From NCBI GenBank assembly GCA_966095315.1, contig CBHTSG010000009.1:29082-93081 (forward strand): a stretch of DNA of 64,000 nucleotides, in the 5' to 3' direction. Source of the stretch: an uncultured Cyclobacteriaceae bacterium. GTDB lineage: Bacteria > Bacteroidota > Bacteroidia > Cytophagales > Cyclobacteriaceae. Below, in pieces: positions 20,092 to 29,264 of this stretch (position 1 is its first letter; each line of letters opens with the position of its first letter). Under the pieces are notes generated by a model, which searched no databases, had not been told where the DNA came from, and saw nothing but the letters and a program-made list of their open reading frames with translations. A program made the position numbers and the translations under genes.

Positions 20092-21009
20092 GTGAAAAGA
20101 AGAAACTTCCTCACCACGGTCGGCCTGTCTGTAGCTGCATCTGCACTTTCGTCTGATGTATTTGCTGCTAAAAAGAAAAAATCGTTTCGCGTGGCTCACA
20201 TTACCGATATCCATGTGAAACCGGGAGAAATACCAGAAAAAGGTATGGCGAAAGCGCTTCAGGCAGTGCAGTCGTTGAGTGATAAGCCTGAATTCATTAT
20301 CAATACCGGAGATTCCATCATGGATGCCCTGGAGGCGGATAAACCGAAAGTACAAACCCAGTGGGATCTCTTTCATAAAATCATGAAGAGTGAAAACAAG
20401 CTTACCACTTACAGCTGCATTGGCAATCATGATGTGTGGGGCTGGTTTAACAAAAGCGAAGCGGATAAACAGGATAAAGTTTACGGCAAGCAATGGGCTG
20501 TGGATGAACTTCAACTCTCAGGAAGGTATTATTCTATTGAAAGAGGAAATTGGGCCTTCATCATGTTGGATAGCACGCAACTTAATCCGGCAGGTGGCTA
20601 TATCGCATATTTGGATAGCGAGCAGCTTGAATGGTTCCAGGCAACTCTTCTAAAGCTAAAAGGCAAACATATCTGCATCGTATCGCACATTCCCATCCTC
20701 TCGATTTGTGCCGGCTTGTTCTTCAACAAAACGCAACCGAATGGTGATTTAGTAATTCAGCGAAATCTGATGCATACCGATTTTTTAAAATTGAAAGAAA
20801 TTTTTGCTGCTAACCCAAATATCAAAGCGTGCATTAGCGGGCACATCCATCTGCAAGATGAAATCAACTACATGGGCGTTCGGTACTTTTGTAATGGAGC
20901 GGTGAGCGGCAACTGGTGGAAAGGTAGCTTTCAAGGCTTTGCCCCTGCCTTTGCTACGCTTGATTTTTTTGATGATGGGACGATGGAGCGCAATATGATT
21001 GTCTATTAA
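20092..21009 (+). CDS. Tat-exported calcineurin-like metallophosphoesterase
   Basis: MKRRNFL twin-arginine signal. HITDIH, NTGD, GNHD, SGHIH. Confidence 0.9.
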   Translation: MKRRNFLTTVGLSVAASALSSDVFAAKKKKSFRVAHITDIHVKPGEIPEKGMAKALQAVQSLSDKPEFIINTGDSIMDALEADKPKVQTQWDLFHKIMKSENKLTTYSCIGNHDVWGWFNKSEADKQDKVYGKQWAVDELQLSGRYYSIERGNWAFIMLDSTQLNPAGGYIAYLDSEQLEWFQATLLKLKGKHICIVSHIPILSICAGLFFNKTQPNGDLVIQRNLMHTDFLKLKEIFAANPNIKACISGHIHLQDEINYMGVRYFCNGAVSGNWWKGSFQGFAPAFATLDFFDDGTMERNMIVY

Positions 21010-21024
21010 TGCAAGTGTATTGAA

Positions 21025-21399
21025 TTAAATCTCCACCGCTCTTCCGTCTTCCCATATCAATCCGAAGTGGTGGCCGTATTTCTTAACCCAACTTTTATCG
21101 GTCGCATAATCGAAGAGTTCAATAATGCCTCTTGCCTTTAATGAAAGAAGGGCCTCATCTGATAATCCTTTCACTTCAATGTATCCGCCATCGGCAAAAT
21201 GAAATTGTGCTCCGGCCGAAAATTTTCCTGTCTTCAGTAAATCGTTTAACTGCTCAAGCCGGCTGCTGATTTCACGATTTAATTCAAGGGCCTGCTTAAG
21301 AGTTTCTTCAATGTTTTTAATGTGCCCGTCATTATTAAAATCATCATTCCTTAAAACCGGAATGGGGTTAATTCGGATCTCACCTGAGTATCGATTCAT
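21025..21399 (-). CDS. hypothetical protein (ORFan-like)
   Basis: 124-aa ORF exactly filling the gap between two genes. No recognisable motif. Confidence 0.55.
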   Translation of the reverse strand: MNRYSGEIRINPIPVLRNDDFNNDGHIKNIEETLKQALELNREISSRLEQLNDLLKTGKFSAGAQFHFADGGYIEVKGLSDEALLSLKARGIIELFDYATDKSWVKKYGHHFGLIWEDGRAVEI

Positions 21400-21412
21400 C
21401 TGCGAAAAAATT

Positions 21413-21444
21413 AAAAAAAGAGCGCTCCCCTTTCGGAGAGCGCT
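21413..21444 (-). terminator. intrinsic terminator
   Basis: Minus strand AGCGCTCTCC-GAAA-GGGGAGCGCT followed by CTTTTTTT, downstream of 21472-21996. Confidence 0.85.
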
Positions 21445-21471
21445 GCAAATTTACCTAAACCTTATGAAATT

Positions 21472-21996
21472 CTATTTTGCCGATAGTGCTGCGTTGATCG
21501 GGGCCCGATCGATGTACTGCACAACCTGATCAATCATGTCGGTACTGTCAAGATGCATATCGGTATGCACCCACATGGAAATGGATTTTCCATTCATATA
21601 GGTTGTGCTCACTTGATACCATCCCATTAACCATATGCCCGCCCGATCAGGTCCTTTTTGTGGCTTGTTGATCTTGATGGCCAGCCAGACATCATTATTA
21701 AACGAAATTGTGTCTATTACTTTCGTCCTTCGATCTTTCCAATAGTTGGTAATTGCCTCCTTCCCAACCAGGCTATCTCCGGCAGACCAATAATACTTGG
21801 CGTTACTGGCATAGCGGGTCATCCATCCATCAATATCTCCTGCGGCTAATTGATCAAGTCCCATTTTTCCCATTTGAAGGTACTTAGCATCAGCAATTTC
21901 AACAGGAGGCGTTTCCTTTGGCGGTTCTTCAGTTTTAGGTTGAGTGCATCCGAGATATAGCAGAGCACCCAGAATTGTTATGATTGATTTTCTCAT
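21472..21996 (-). CDS. SnoaL/NTF2-like lipoprotein
   Basis: Lipobox YLGC. DIDGWMTRYASNA..YW..GDSLVGKEAI NTF2-like pattern. Confidence 0.7.
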   Translation of the reverse strand: MRKSIITILGALLYLGCTQPKTEEPPKETPPVEIADAKYLQMGKMGLDQLAAGDIDGWMTRYASNAKYYWSAGDSLVGKEAITNYWKDRRTKVIDTISFNNDVWLAIKINKPQKGPDRAGIWLMGWYQVSTTYMNGKSISMWVHTDMHLDSTDMIDQVVQYIDRAPINAALSAK

Positions 21997-22011
21997 GGCA
22001 ATTAGTTTTAG

Positions 22012-22815
22012 TTATTCTATGGCCATCAGTACTTCCCAAAGTTCAGATCTGGTAATCGTTCTGGTGCGCTCGGTTTGGCTTCCTAAATTATCAGGCGACC
22101 GAGTGGGATACACCTTCTTGATTGTCTCTCCAAAATTTCCTGAATTGATTTTATTGTAATCTTGATAGCTATTCACGGTTACAAAGTCGTGCTGCAACTG
22201 CGAGTCGCTGGGCATAATTAAACTCCAAAATCCCCAGCCCAGTGTTTGTCCTGATTTCACAAACTCCTGATGAATCGGCTTCCACACAGATTTCTCTTCT
22301 TCAATATAAGCTGATGTTAGGCCAGGCGCGGATTTCATATAACTGACCATGATATATTTGGCTTGGGTGTTTGTAGGACCAGAAACATTATCCTGCTGCG
22401 CATAGAACTCTTGCTTCACAAATTTCCTGATGGAGGCGAGTTTAGCCGCAGTTGCCACGGCATCCACTTTGGGGTTTGATTTTCTCAGCAGATCCTCAAG
22501 ATCCGGCAATGTTTCCGTTTTAGCCCACGAATCATAAATTAAAACAGAGACAAAATTATAAGGCGATTCCGTTCCGGTAAATTTTACTTCATAAAAATAC
22601 CAGCCTGCTATAGCCCCGTTTTGTTTTGCTAACTGTAAGGCAGGCTTAACATTTTCCTTCATTATTTTTAAGTAGGCTTGAACATTGCCACTCTCCACCT
22701 TGCCGTAAAGAACGCGCGCAAAGATGGTGGGCGGCTGTTGAGCTTGAGCAGATGAAGCCAGCAGTAGTAGCAAAACTGCCAACGATGGTAATTTTGGTTT
22801 GATTAAAGCACTCAT
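22012..22815 (-). CDS. exported hypothetical protein with two tandem alpha/beta (NIPSNAP/EthD-like) repeats
   Basis: Signal peptide. Repeated unit ...YLKIMKENVKP..GWYF..YNFVSV..YDSW versus ...YIEEEKSVWKP..GWGF..HDFVTV..YQDY. Confidence 0.75.
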   Translation of the reverse strand: MSALIKPKLPSLAVLLLLLASSAQAQQPPTIFARVLYGKVESGNVQAYLKIMKENVKPALQLAKQNGAIAGWYFYEVKFTGTESPYNFVSVLIYDSWAKTETLPDLEDLLRKSNPKVDAVATAAKLASIRKFVKQEFYAQQDNVSGPTNTQAKYIMVSYMKSAPGLTSAYIEEEKSVWKPIHQEFVKSGQTLGWGFWSLIMPSDSQLQHDFVTVNSYQDYNKINSGNFGETIKKVYPTRSPDNLGSQTERTRTITRSELWEVLMAIE

Positions 22816-23441
22816 AGGTTGATTGGGTTAGATTTATAAAATAGCACACTATAAACTCCAGCTAATAAATCGCATACGTTCACGGGTTCTCTTTTGAACG
22901 TCATACCAACCTCTCATTTGTCCAAATGATCTGTAATACCTTGGCGGGCAAGCAAGCAAATCAACAGGGATATTTGCCAAGACTTACAAAGCTTATCAAT
23001 TTTTAGGGAGAAATACAAGTCATTGGTATCAAATAATAGGAATCTGTACCTAAGTAAAATTCAACTCTGCCTTACCGAAAGCTTGTAGGATGATTAAAGG
23101 AAAATGGAAAATTGATTCTAATTACTTGCATTTGCCGTTCGCTTAAATCAATTCCATCACCGGAAAGGGAGCTTTTTTGAAATTGAAACCGTTTGAAATA
23201 AACAATATGATCCATTCACACAAAATAAAAATCTGCTGACGCGAACAAAATTCAGCGTTCACCCTAATCTACATCACCTGACAGATATATTCTACTGATT
23301 AAAATTTATTGAGACAATAAAATTCTGTTGGTTCACTTCTCCTTATTTCCTTACACAGCTATTTCAATAAGGGTCATTCTAAAATGAAGCTTGTGTAGTT
23401 CATGCACCTTTGCGTCACCAAAAAAATATAAACAACCAAAA

Positions 23442-24020
23442 ATGAAATCGAAATTTAGTATTGTTCTACTTGCTGGTATCTTGATCTCCTTTGTTACGAC
23501 TGCAGGTACATCTTTTTTAAGCATCACTCCTGCCGCAAAAGCTAACGTTTTCAACATTCGCTACCAGGGAACGGAAGTTGGCAATGTACGTGTCTCCATA
23601 TTTTCAGAGAAGAATTATGAAATTTTTTCTGAAGTATTTTTTAACGTAAGCACCTTTGTTCGTCCATATAATTTCAGCGAACTGAATGCTGGTGAATATA
23701 CCGTGATAGTGACAGACAAGTATGGTAAGCAGGTTGAGAAAATTAACTATTCTCAAAATCAGGTTTCAAGTTCAGTAACCGTTTCTGAAGTTGCCAACAA
23801 GGAGAATAAATACTTATTGAATGTAACCAATAATGGCACTGAAAACATCTATGTCAGAATCCTTGCAGAGGATGGCACTACGCTTCACGAACAATCGGTG
23901 GAGGTTACAGGAAATTTTTCATTGATCTATGATTTGAATAAAGTGAAAACATACAAGCCTACTTCCGTTACTTTCGAAGTTACTTCCGGAAGCGGAAAAG
24001 TGGAGTACATCAAGTTCTAG
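23442..24020 (+). CDS. exported hypothetical protein with two small Ig-like (T9SS-CTD/DUF3244-like) domains
   Basis: Signal peptide. Repeat V.V.I..E....(I/L)..E and YNFSEL..GEYTV / YDLNKV. Start placed at MKSKF. Confidence 0.7.
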   Translation: MKSKFSIVLLAGILISFVTTAGTSFLSITPAAKANVFNIRYQGTEVGNVRVSIFSEKNYEIFSEVFFNVSTFVRPYNFSELNAGEYTVIVTDKYGKQVEKINYSQNQVSSSVTVSEVANKENKYLLNVTNNGTENIYVRILAEDGTTLHEQSVEVTGNFSLIYDLNKVKTYKPTSVTFEVTSGSGKVEYIKF

Positions 24021-24041
24021 TTGCGATCCGAAGCCACGCAT

Positions 24042-24076
24042 AAAAACCGGTTGGAGTTCATCCAGCCGGTTTTTTT
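24042..24076. terminator. bidirectional intrinsic terminator
   Basis: AAAAACCGGTTGGA-GTTCA-TCCAGCCGGTTTTTTT. Confidence 0.85.
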
Positions 24077-24095
24077 ATTTTATTTACCTTTAGTC

Positions 24096-24479
24096 ATGAA
24101 AAAGATACATACAGACGAGGCTCCAAAAGCTATTGGTCCTTACGCGCAGGCATGGCAATCGGGCAACTTCATTTTTTGCGCTGGGCAAACCCCACTCAAT
24201 CCGGCAACCATGCTCATTGAGGGTGCTTCCGTTTCCGAGCAAACTACTCTTGTACTTTCCAACCTTGAAGCTGTTTTAAAGGCTGCCGGTTGCGATCGCA
24301 CACACATCCTGAAGACATCAGTATTCCTGAAAAACTTTGCCGATTTTGAAAAGATGAACAAAGCGTATGAGATCTTCTTTGGAGATCATAAGCCCGCCCG
24401 CACAACGGTAGAAGTAAGCCGTCTACCAAAGGAGGCGTTGGTAGAAATTGAATGCATCGCAGAGATTGTTAAAAGCTGA
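24096..24479 (+). CDS. RidA/YjgF/UK114 family protein
   Basis: APKAIGPYAQA, FCAGQTP, KTSVFL, MNKAY, PARTTVEVSRLP..ALVEIE. Confidence 0.93.
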   Translation: MKKIHTDEAPKAIGPYAQAWQSGNFIFCAGQTPLNPATMLIEGASVSEQTTLVLSNLEAVLKAAGCDRTHILKTSVFLKNFADFEKMNKAYEIFFGDHKPARTTVEVSRLPKEALVEIECIAEIVKS

Positions 24480-24490
24480 CTTACCTTACA

Positions 24491-24523
24491 AAAAAATCCT
24501 GAGCAGACTGCCCAGGATTTTTT
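24491..24523. terminator. bidirectional intrinsic terminator between convergent genes
   Basis: AAAAAATCCTG...CAGGATTTTTT with inner GCAG/CTGC. Confidence 0.85.
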
Positions 24524-24540
24524 CATTCAGTTTGAACACA

Positions 24541-25656
24541 TTAATTGATTGATTCGCCTTTCTCCAGTTTTTTAACCATTCCATCAATGCTGGTCTTAGC
24601 AGCAGGATTAGTTTCTGCTTTCAATGCCTCTTGGGCAAACTTTAGTGCTTTCTTGCTATCGCCCATGGCAGAATAGCCGCGTGCCATGCCCATCATTGCC
24701 ATTACTTCTTTTGGATAGCGTTTATAGTTTGTCTCAAATACCGTCATGGCCTCCTGATTTCGTTTTTGCGTGATCAATGATCGTCCATAATTGGTGATCT
24801 GTCCGGCCGTTGCATCCGGTAAATTGATTGCCTCTTTCATTACTGCATCTGCCTCTGCTTTTTTATCCATCGCGTTAAGCAAATTAGCCTTTGAGAAATA
24901 GATGGGATAATAAATCACCTTCCGATCTATCAATGACTGCACCCAACCTAATGCTTCATCCAAATTAGTTTTTTTACTAGCGCAAAAATTTGCGGCCGAA
25001 ACAACGTTCTGCCAGGCAAATCCTTTCTGGCCAGTCATCTCTTCTTTCAATCGTTTAATATAAAGCTCATCACCATTGGGCACCGTAATTTTAAATGGAA
25101 CCGAAAGCTTTTCCCATTTCATGCGGGCAGTGGCACTATTCTGCAGACGATCCGTAAACTCATAAGTCAAATATTCATTGTGCTCACAAGCGACAGGCTT
25201 AGTAGTCACCCGCAAAACATCTTCTGCCGGCATGTAGGAGAAACTTCCCCAGGCTGAAGAGTTACTTGAAAAAATAATCGTCCACTCCTCCTGACCGGGA
25301 ATCATATGCAAGCCGTATGTTCCAGCTTTAAGGGGTTTTCCTTCCACTTCCACATCATTAGAAAAAGTGATGATCGTATTTTCATTTGCCCCGGCTCTCC
25401 ATGGAGAAGGGTTTTGATCACTGCTCTTTCCAGTATTTAAATTGTTCAGACCATAAGGCACTAGCTTCCCCCAAATTTCCCTGCCACCAACATCGGGGCT
25501 GCTGTAGGCTATGGTCACTTTTACCAATCCGAGATACTGACTCACCTCACTTTTCTGATTATTGCCGCTGGGTGGCAATGTCATTTGAGACCAAGACACT
25601 ATGCTTGTAAAAATACCAAGCATCACTACTAAAGGTTTGAAAAGATTTTTAATCAT
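24541..25656 (-). CDS. DUF2911 domain protein with C-terminal TPR
   Basis: YSSP.V.GREIWG.LVPYG, PWRAGANE.T, AGTYGL..IPG..EWTIIF, plus C-terminal helical repeats. Start placed at MIKNL. Confidence 0.85.
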   Translation of the reverse strand: MIKNLFKPLVVMLGIFTSIVSWSQMTLPPSGNNQKSEVSQYLGLVKVTIAYSSPDVGGREIWGKLVPYGLNNLNTGKSSDQNPSPWRAGANENTIITFSNDVEVEGKPLKAGTYGLHMIPGQEEWTIIFSSNSSAWGSFSYMPAEDVLRVTTKPVACEHNEYLTYEFTDRLQNSATARMKWEKLSVPFKITVPNGDELYIKRLKEEMTGQKGFAWQNVVSAANFCASKKTNLDEALGWVQSLIDRKVIYYPIYFSKANLLNAMDKKAEADAVMKEAINLPDATAGQITNYGRSLITQKRNQEAMTVFETNYKRYPKEVMAMMGMARGYSAMGDSKKALKFAQEALKAETNPAAKTSIDGMVKKLEKGESIN

Positions 25657-25781
25657 AACATTTTCGAAGTTTAGACTAAATAACGAAGAACTACCTCCCG
25701 TGAGAAGTAGTTTGTGAACAGCGGTTGAATTATTCTCTATAGCCACAAATCGTTTACGCAAATCGGCCTATGGATCAAATG

Positions 25782-25814
25782 AAAAAAGCCTTCGATCAAT
25801 GACCGAAGGCTTTT
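25782..25814 (-). terminator. intrinsic terminator
   Basis: AAAAGCCTTCG-N9-CGAAGGCTTTT, with the longer A run giving a U tract on the minus strand. Confidence 0.8.
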
Positions 25815-25833
25815 AACAAGTTCATTTTTTATT

Positions 25834-26556
25834 CTAAAGTGCGCTGAGATCAGATCTTAGCACACGCAATTCCGACCGTGTTGATTTCAAAAGTGAATAG
25901 TAGCGAAGATTCATGCTATAGAAAGCATTGTTGCCAAATACTTTGTCATACATTTCTTCAAAGTTCTCCTGCAGGTCAAGTTCTTCCAGTTTTTCAACAT
26001 ACCTAACCATTGCAAAAGCATTGCCCGGGCCGCTTGCGCTAGGCCTGAAAAAATCAATATCCATCTTTGAGCCACCCTTATCTGCAGCCTCCTTTTCCTT
26101 TTTGATTTGTCCATAAATTTCGCCCCAACTTCCTATGGTTATCTCATTATAGGTAACGAGCAGGTACTTTAGTTTTCGATCCGGCTTGGCCGAGCTAATC
26201 TCATTTTGCCTTCTCAAATAGCTTACTTGAAAAGAGTTGGAAAGAGCATCAAGACCCTGACCATCAATTTTCATTTGAGCCTCTCCCTTTGGACTAATCA
26301 AAGGTATATCCATCTCTTTATAGCTGGTGGGGCCCACCACAATTACATACGCGCCAGTATTTTCGCCACTGATGATTTCATACGTTCGATACTTCAACTG
26401 AGGCATGTGCGTTTTGGTATAGGCAGTGAGTTTCTTTTCCCATTCTAACTTCTTATCCAGTTTTACATTAACTGTCATTGTCCAGTAGAGGTTATCCTGA
26501 GAAAACACTACGGAAGCCATCAGCATCGCAGCAAAGAGCATGATCAATCGTTTCAT
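25834..26556 (-). CDS. exported hypothetical protein with two tandem alpha/beta repeats
   Basis: Signal peptide MKRLIML...FSQD. Two-fold internal repeat, similar in size and layout to 22012-22815. Confidence 0.75.
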   Translation of the reverse strand: MKRLIMLFAAMLMASVVFSQDNLYWTMTVNVKLDKKLEWEKKLTAYTKTHMPQLKYRTYEIISGENTGAYVIVVGPTSYKEMDIPLISPKGEAQMKIDGQGLDALSNSFQVSYLRRQNEISSAKPDRKLKYLLVTYNEITIGSWGEIYGQIKKEKEAADKGGSKMDIDFFRPSASGPGNAFAMVRYVEKLEELDLQENFEEMYDKVFGNNAFYSMNLRYYSLLKSTRSELRVLRSDLSAL

Positions 26557-26754
26557 AGGTAGTTGGGGTTTATGGTTTAACAGATTAATTCCAAAGCCAA
26601 TTGACAAAAGAGAAACAGAAATGATCGGATCAGAAAAGCCGAGGGTTAGCGCTGAGGAGGAAAATAGAAAATAAACCCATGAAAATCCCAGCGGAGATTC
26701 CCGGTTGACTTAGGTAAAGTAAGTAATTACAACGACTTTTCCTTGCAAAAGGAA

Positions 26755-27405
26755 TTAAATAACATATACCATAACCGAGATGACATGGCATGCTGTGCCT
26801 GCGAGTACAAAAAGATGCCAAATGAAATGGCTGTACTTAATGCGATGGTCAAATGCAAAGAATATTACTCCGATAGAATACATGGCACCACCGGCAATTA
26901 GCCAACCTAAACCACCCATGGGTAGCGCATCATAAAGCGGTTTAGCCGCAATTAAAGCCAGCCATCCCATTCCTAGATAAAGCATTGTTGAAATTTTGCT
27001 GGGTCGAACAGATACGCTTGATTTCATCACCACACCAAAAGCTGCGAGGGCCCAAATCACTCCGAACAGCGGCCATCCCCATGCAACGGGCAATACGCAG
27101 AGTGTGAAGGGTGTGTACGTACCGGCAATCAAAAGGAATATGGCGCTATGATCAAAAATTTGGAAAACACGTTTGGTTCTACTTTGAGGAAAGGCATGAT
27201 AAAGTGTAGATGCCATGTAGAGGATCATCATCGTAGCTCCGAAAATACTGACCCCTACAATCGCTGTGGCTCCCGATGGAACTGCTTTAATAATCAGTAA
27301 AGGGGTAACGGCAAGAGCTGCTAAAAAACCAACACCGTGACTAATGCTATTGGCAATCTCCTCGCCTAGTGATTGATTTCTTTTTCCTTCCGATCTTTCG
27401 CTCAT
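26755..27405 (-). CDS. hemolysin III / PAQR family membrane protein
   Basis: EEIANSISHG, STLYH, DHSAIFLLIAGTYTP, HFIWHLFV. Confidence 0.92.
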   Translation of the reverse strand: MSERSEGKRNQSLGEEIANSISHGVGFLAALAVTPLLIIKAVPSGATAIVGVSIFGATMMILYMASTLYHAFPQSRTKRVFQIFDHSAIFLLIAGTYTPFTLCVLPVAWGWPLFGVIWALAAFGVVMKSSVSVRPSKISTMLYLGMGWLALIAAKPLYDALPMGGLGWLIAGGAMYSIGVIFFAFDHRIKYSHFIWHLFVLAGTACHVISVMVYVI

Positions 27406-27446
27406 AAGTACAACGCTACAGGGCTAAAAGTAATAAGTTCACAGAT

Positions 27447-27454
27447 TATATTTG
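27447..27454 (+). promoter_or_regulatory. Bacteroidota -7 box (TATATTTG)
   Basis: Exact TAnnTTTG in the divergent intergenic region upstream of the SRPBCC gene. Confidence 0.45.
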
Positions 27455-27541
27455 TCGTAAATAGCCCTTTACTTTGCCGCGATGAGCCACCTTAGTATTT
27501 TGTGAGTTGATCTAAGTTTGCCTCAACAAAACAACACCACT

Positions 27542-27964
27542 ATGGAAATCACGAAAACAGCCATCACCGTAGAAACTTTAGTAAATGCACCTTTATCAAA
27601 AGTATGGGCAGCCTGGACAGAGCCGGAGCACATTGTAAAATGGAATTTTGCATCTGACGATTGGCACTGCCCAAAAGCTGAAAATGACCTTCGCGTTGGC
27701 GGCAAGCTAAAATGCACTATGGCTGCAAAAGATGGCAGCATGAGTTTCGATTTTGAGGGGACGTACACCACGGTAACACCCAATAAGAAGATTGACTTTA
27801 GCCTTGACGATCAACGAAAAGTAAGCGTCAGCTTTACCGCCAGTGGAAATGAAACGAAAGTGACGGAAACCTTTGATGCCGAAAACACAAATTCATTGGA
27901 ATTACAGCGAAACGGATGGCAGGCGATTTTGAACAATTTTAGGAAACATGCCGAGACGATTTGA
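27542..27964 (+). CDS. SRPBCC/AHSA1-like domain protein
   Basis: VWAAWTEPEHIVKWNFASDDWHCP, DLRVGG, GWQAILNNF. ATG at 27542. Confidence 0.88.
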   Translation: MEITKTAITVETLVNAPLSKVWAAWTEPEHIVKWNFASDDWHCPKAENDLRVGGKLKCTMAAKDGSMSFDFEGTYTTVTPNKKIDFSLDDQRKVSVSFTASGNETKVTETFDAENTNSLELQRNGWQAILNNFRKHAETI

Positions 27965-27997
27965 TTGATCGGTGGTTCACAGAGTGTAAATTGATTT

Positions 27998-28672
27998 ATG
28001 GAAGAAATCATTGACTACCTGCGCAAAACCATTACTGACGAAGTATTCTCCAAAGATGAAAAGCGGACCTTAAAGTCCCTACTCGCGGAGCGATTACCCG
28101 ACCAGCATCAATTAACTTTCTTGCGAAGTAAAGTTTATGAATTGGCGGGGCAGCATGCTAATGCGAATAACTACGCTTTCATTCTGGATTGGATAAAAGT
28201 TGCTAATAGCGCGTTGACGTTACCACCGCAGGAAACAGCACGCGTGTACTTCAGCCCTGGAGATGCTTGCCGCAATGCCATTGTTCAGCAAATTGAAAAG
28301 GCCTCGCAGCAATTGAACATCTGCGTGTTTACCATTAGTGATGACAGCATCACTGATCAATTGCTGGCCGCGCATCGAAAAGGAGTAAGCATTAAGATCA
28401 TTACTGATAATGATAAGTCGCTCGATGAAGGCTCTGACATTGAACAACTGGCAAAGGCTGGAATTGCAGTAAAGATGGACACCAGTCCTAACCACATGCA
28501 CCACAAATTTATGGTGACCGATCAGCAATCACTGATCACCGGGAGCTATAATTGGACACGCAGTGCCGCACGCTTCAATCATGAAAACATCCTGCTCACC
28601 AGTGAAGCTGGAGTGATCAAATCATTCTCTCAGCAGTTTGATCAACTGTGGAGGATTATGGAGCAATACTAG
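27998..28672 (+). CDS. single-HKD phospholipase D-family (Nuc/MitoPLD-like) protein with N-terminal helical extension
   Basis: YFSPG, CVFTISDD, HMHHKFMVTD (HxKx4D), TGSYNWT.SA...NHENI. Confidence 0.88.
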   Translation: MEEIIDYLRKTITDEVFSKDEKRTLKSLLAERLPDQHQLTFLRSKVYELAGQHANANNYAFILDWIKVANSALTLPPQETARVYFSPGDACRNAIVQQIEKASQQLNICVFTISDDSITDQLLAAHRKGVSIKIITDNDKSLDEGSDIEQLAKAGIAVKMDTSPNHMHHKFMVTDQQSLITGSYNWTRSAARFNHENILLTSEAGVIKSFSQQFDQLWRIMEQY

Positions 28673-28676
28673 ATGC

Positions 28677-29123
28677 TTATGATTCCATTGCCTTGCTCAC
28701 CTTGCGGTACACAAAGGAATGGTAGATGTGCCTTCTCGCAAAACGATCAGGAGTGTTAGAGCTGATAAATTTCTCGTAGGTACTCTTCGGCAGTCCAAAG
28801 TATTCGTAGCAACTGCCGTCCGCAAAATTGATTTGCAGGGTTTGTGACTTGTAAAGAAAATCAACGATGCGAGAAGAGTTGATCATCTCTTCATACTGCG
28901 CTGCCTGTTGCGCATGCGTTTCGGGAGCGATACTTACCAGCAGGTGATATGCTTCAATAAACGATTTGCTTTTCTCTTCTGCTTCGCGCTTCGCATCTTC
29001 ATTGTTCTGAATTTTGTCTGGGTGCCAGTCTTTCATGAAGGTGCGATAAATGGATTTCAGCTCCTTCAGCTCAACATCTTTGTCAACACCTAACAACTTT
29101 CGGGATTCAATGATTTTTTTCAT
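28677..29123 (-). CDS. J-domain + KTSC domain protein
   Basis: N-terminal J-like domain with WHPDK. C-terminal SS.I...Y....LQINF.DG..YEYFG.P...YE.F KTSC pattern. Confidence 0.85.
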   Translation of the reverse strand: MKKIIESRKLLGVDKDVELKELKSIYRTFMKDWHPDKIQNNEDAKREAEEKSKSFIEAYHLLVSIAPETHAQQAAQYEEMINSSRIVDFLYKSQTLQINFADGSCYEYFGLPKSTYEKFISSNTPDRFARRHIYHSFVYRKVSKAMES

Positions 29124-29130
29124 GCGGGCG

Positions 29131-29138
29131 CAAAAATA
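29131..29138 (-). promoter_or_regulatory. Bacteroidota -7 box (TATTTTTG)
   Basis: TAnnTTTG 7 nt upstream of the KTSC ATG, implying a near-leaderless mRNA. Confidence 0.55.
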
Positions 29139-29264
29139 AAGCATTTACCCGACACTGCGGAATCCCCTTTTCAGTGCGAAAGGAATGCTTGCCGATATGG
29201 AAATAGGCCAATTGAAATTTGCTCTTGCCACCTGCGTGCAATAGATTAGTCTTTTGCAAATCGT

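Noticed and set aside
22926-23010. 26-codon plus-strand small ORF (MICNTLAGKQ...) in the large gap
   Set aside because: No compositional or contextual support; expected by chance.
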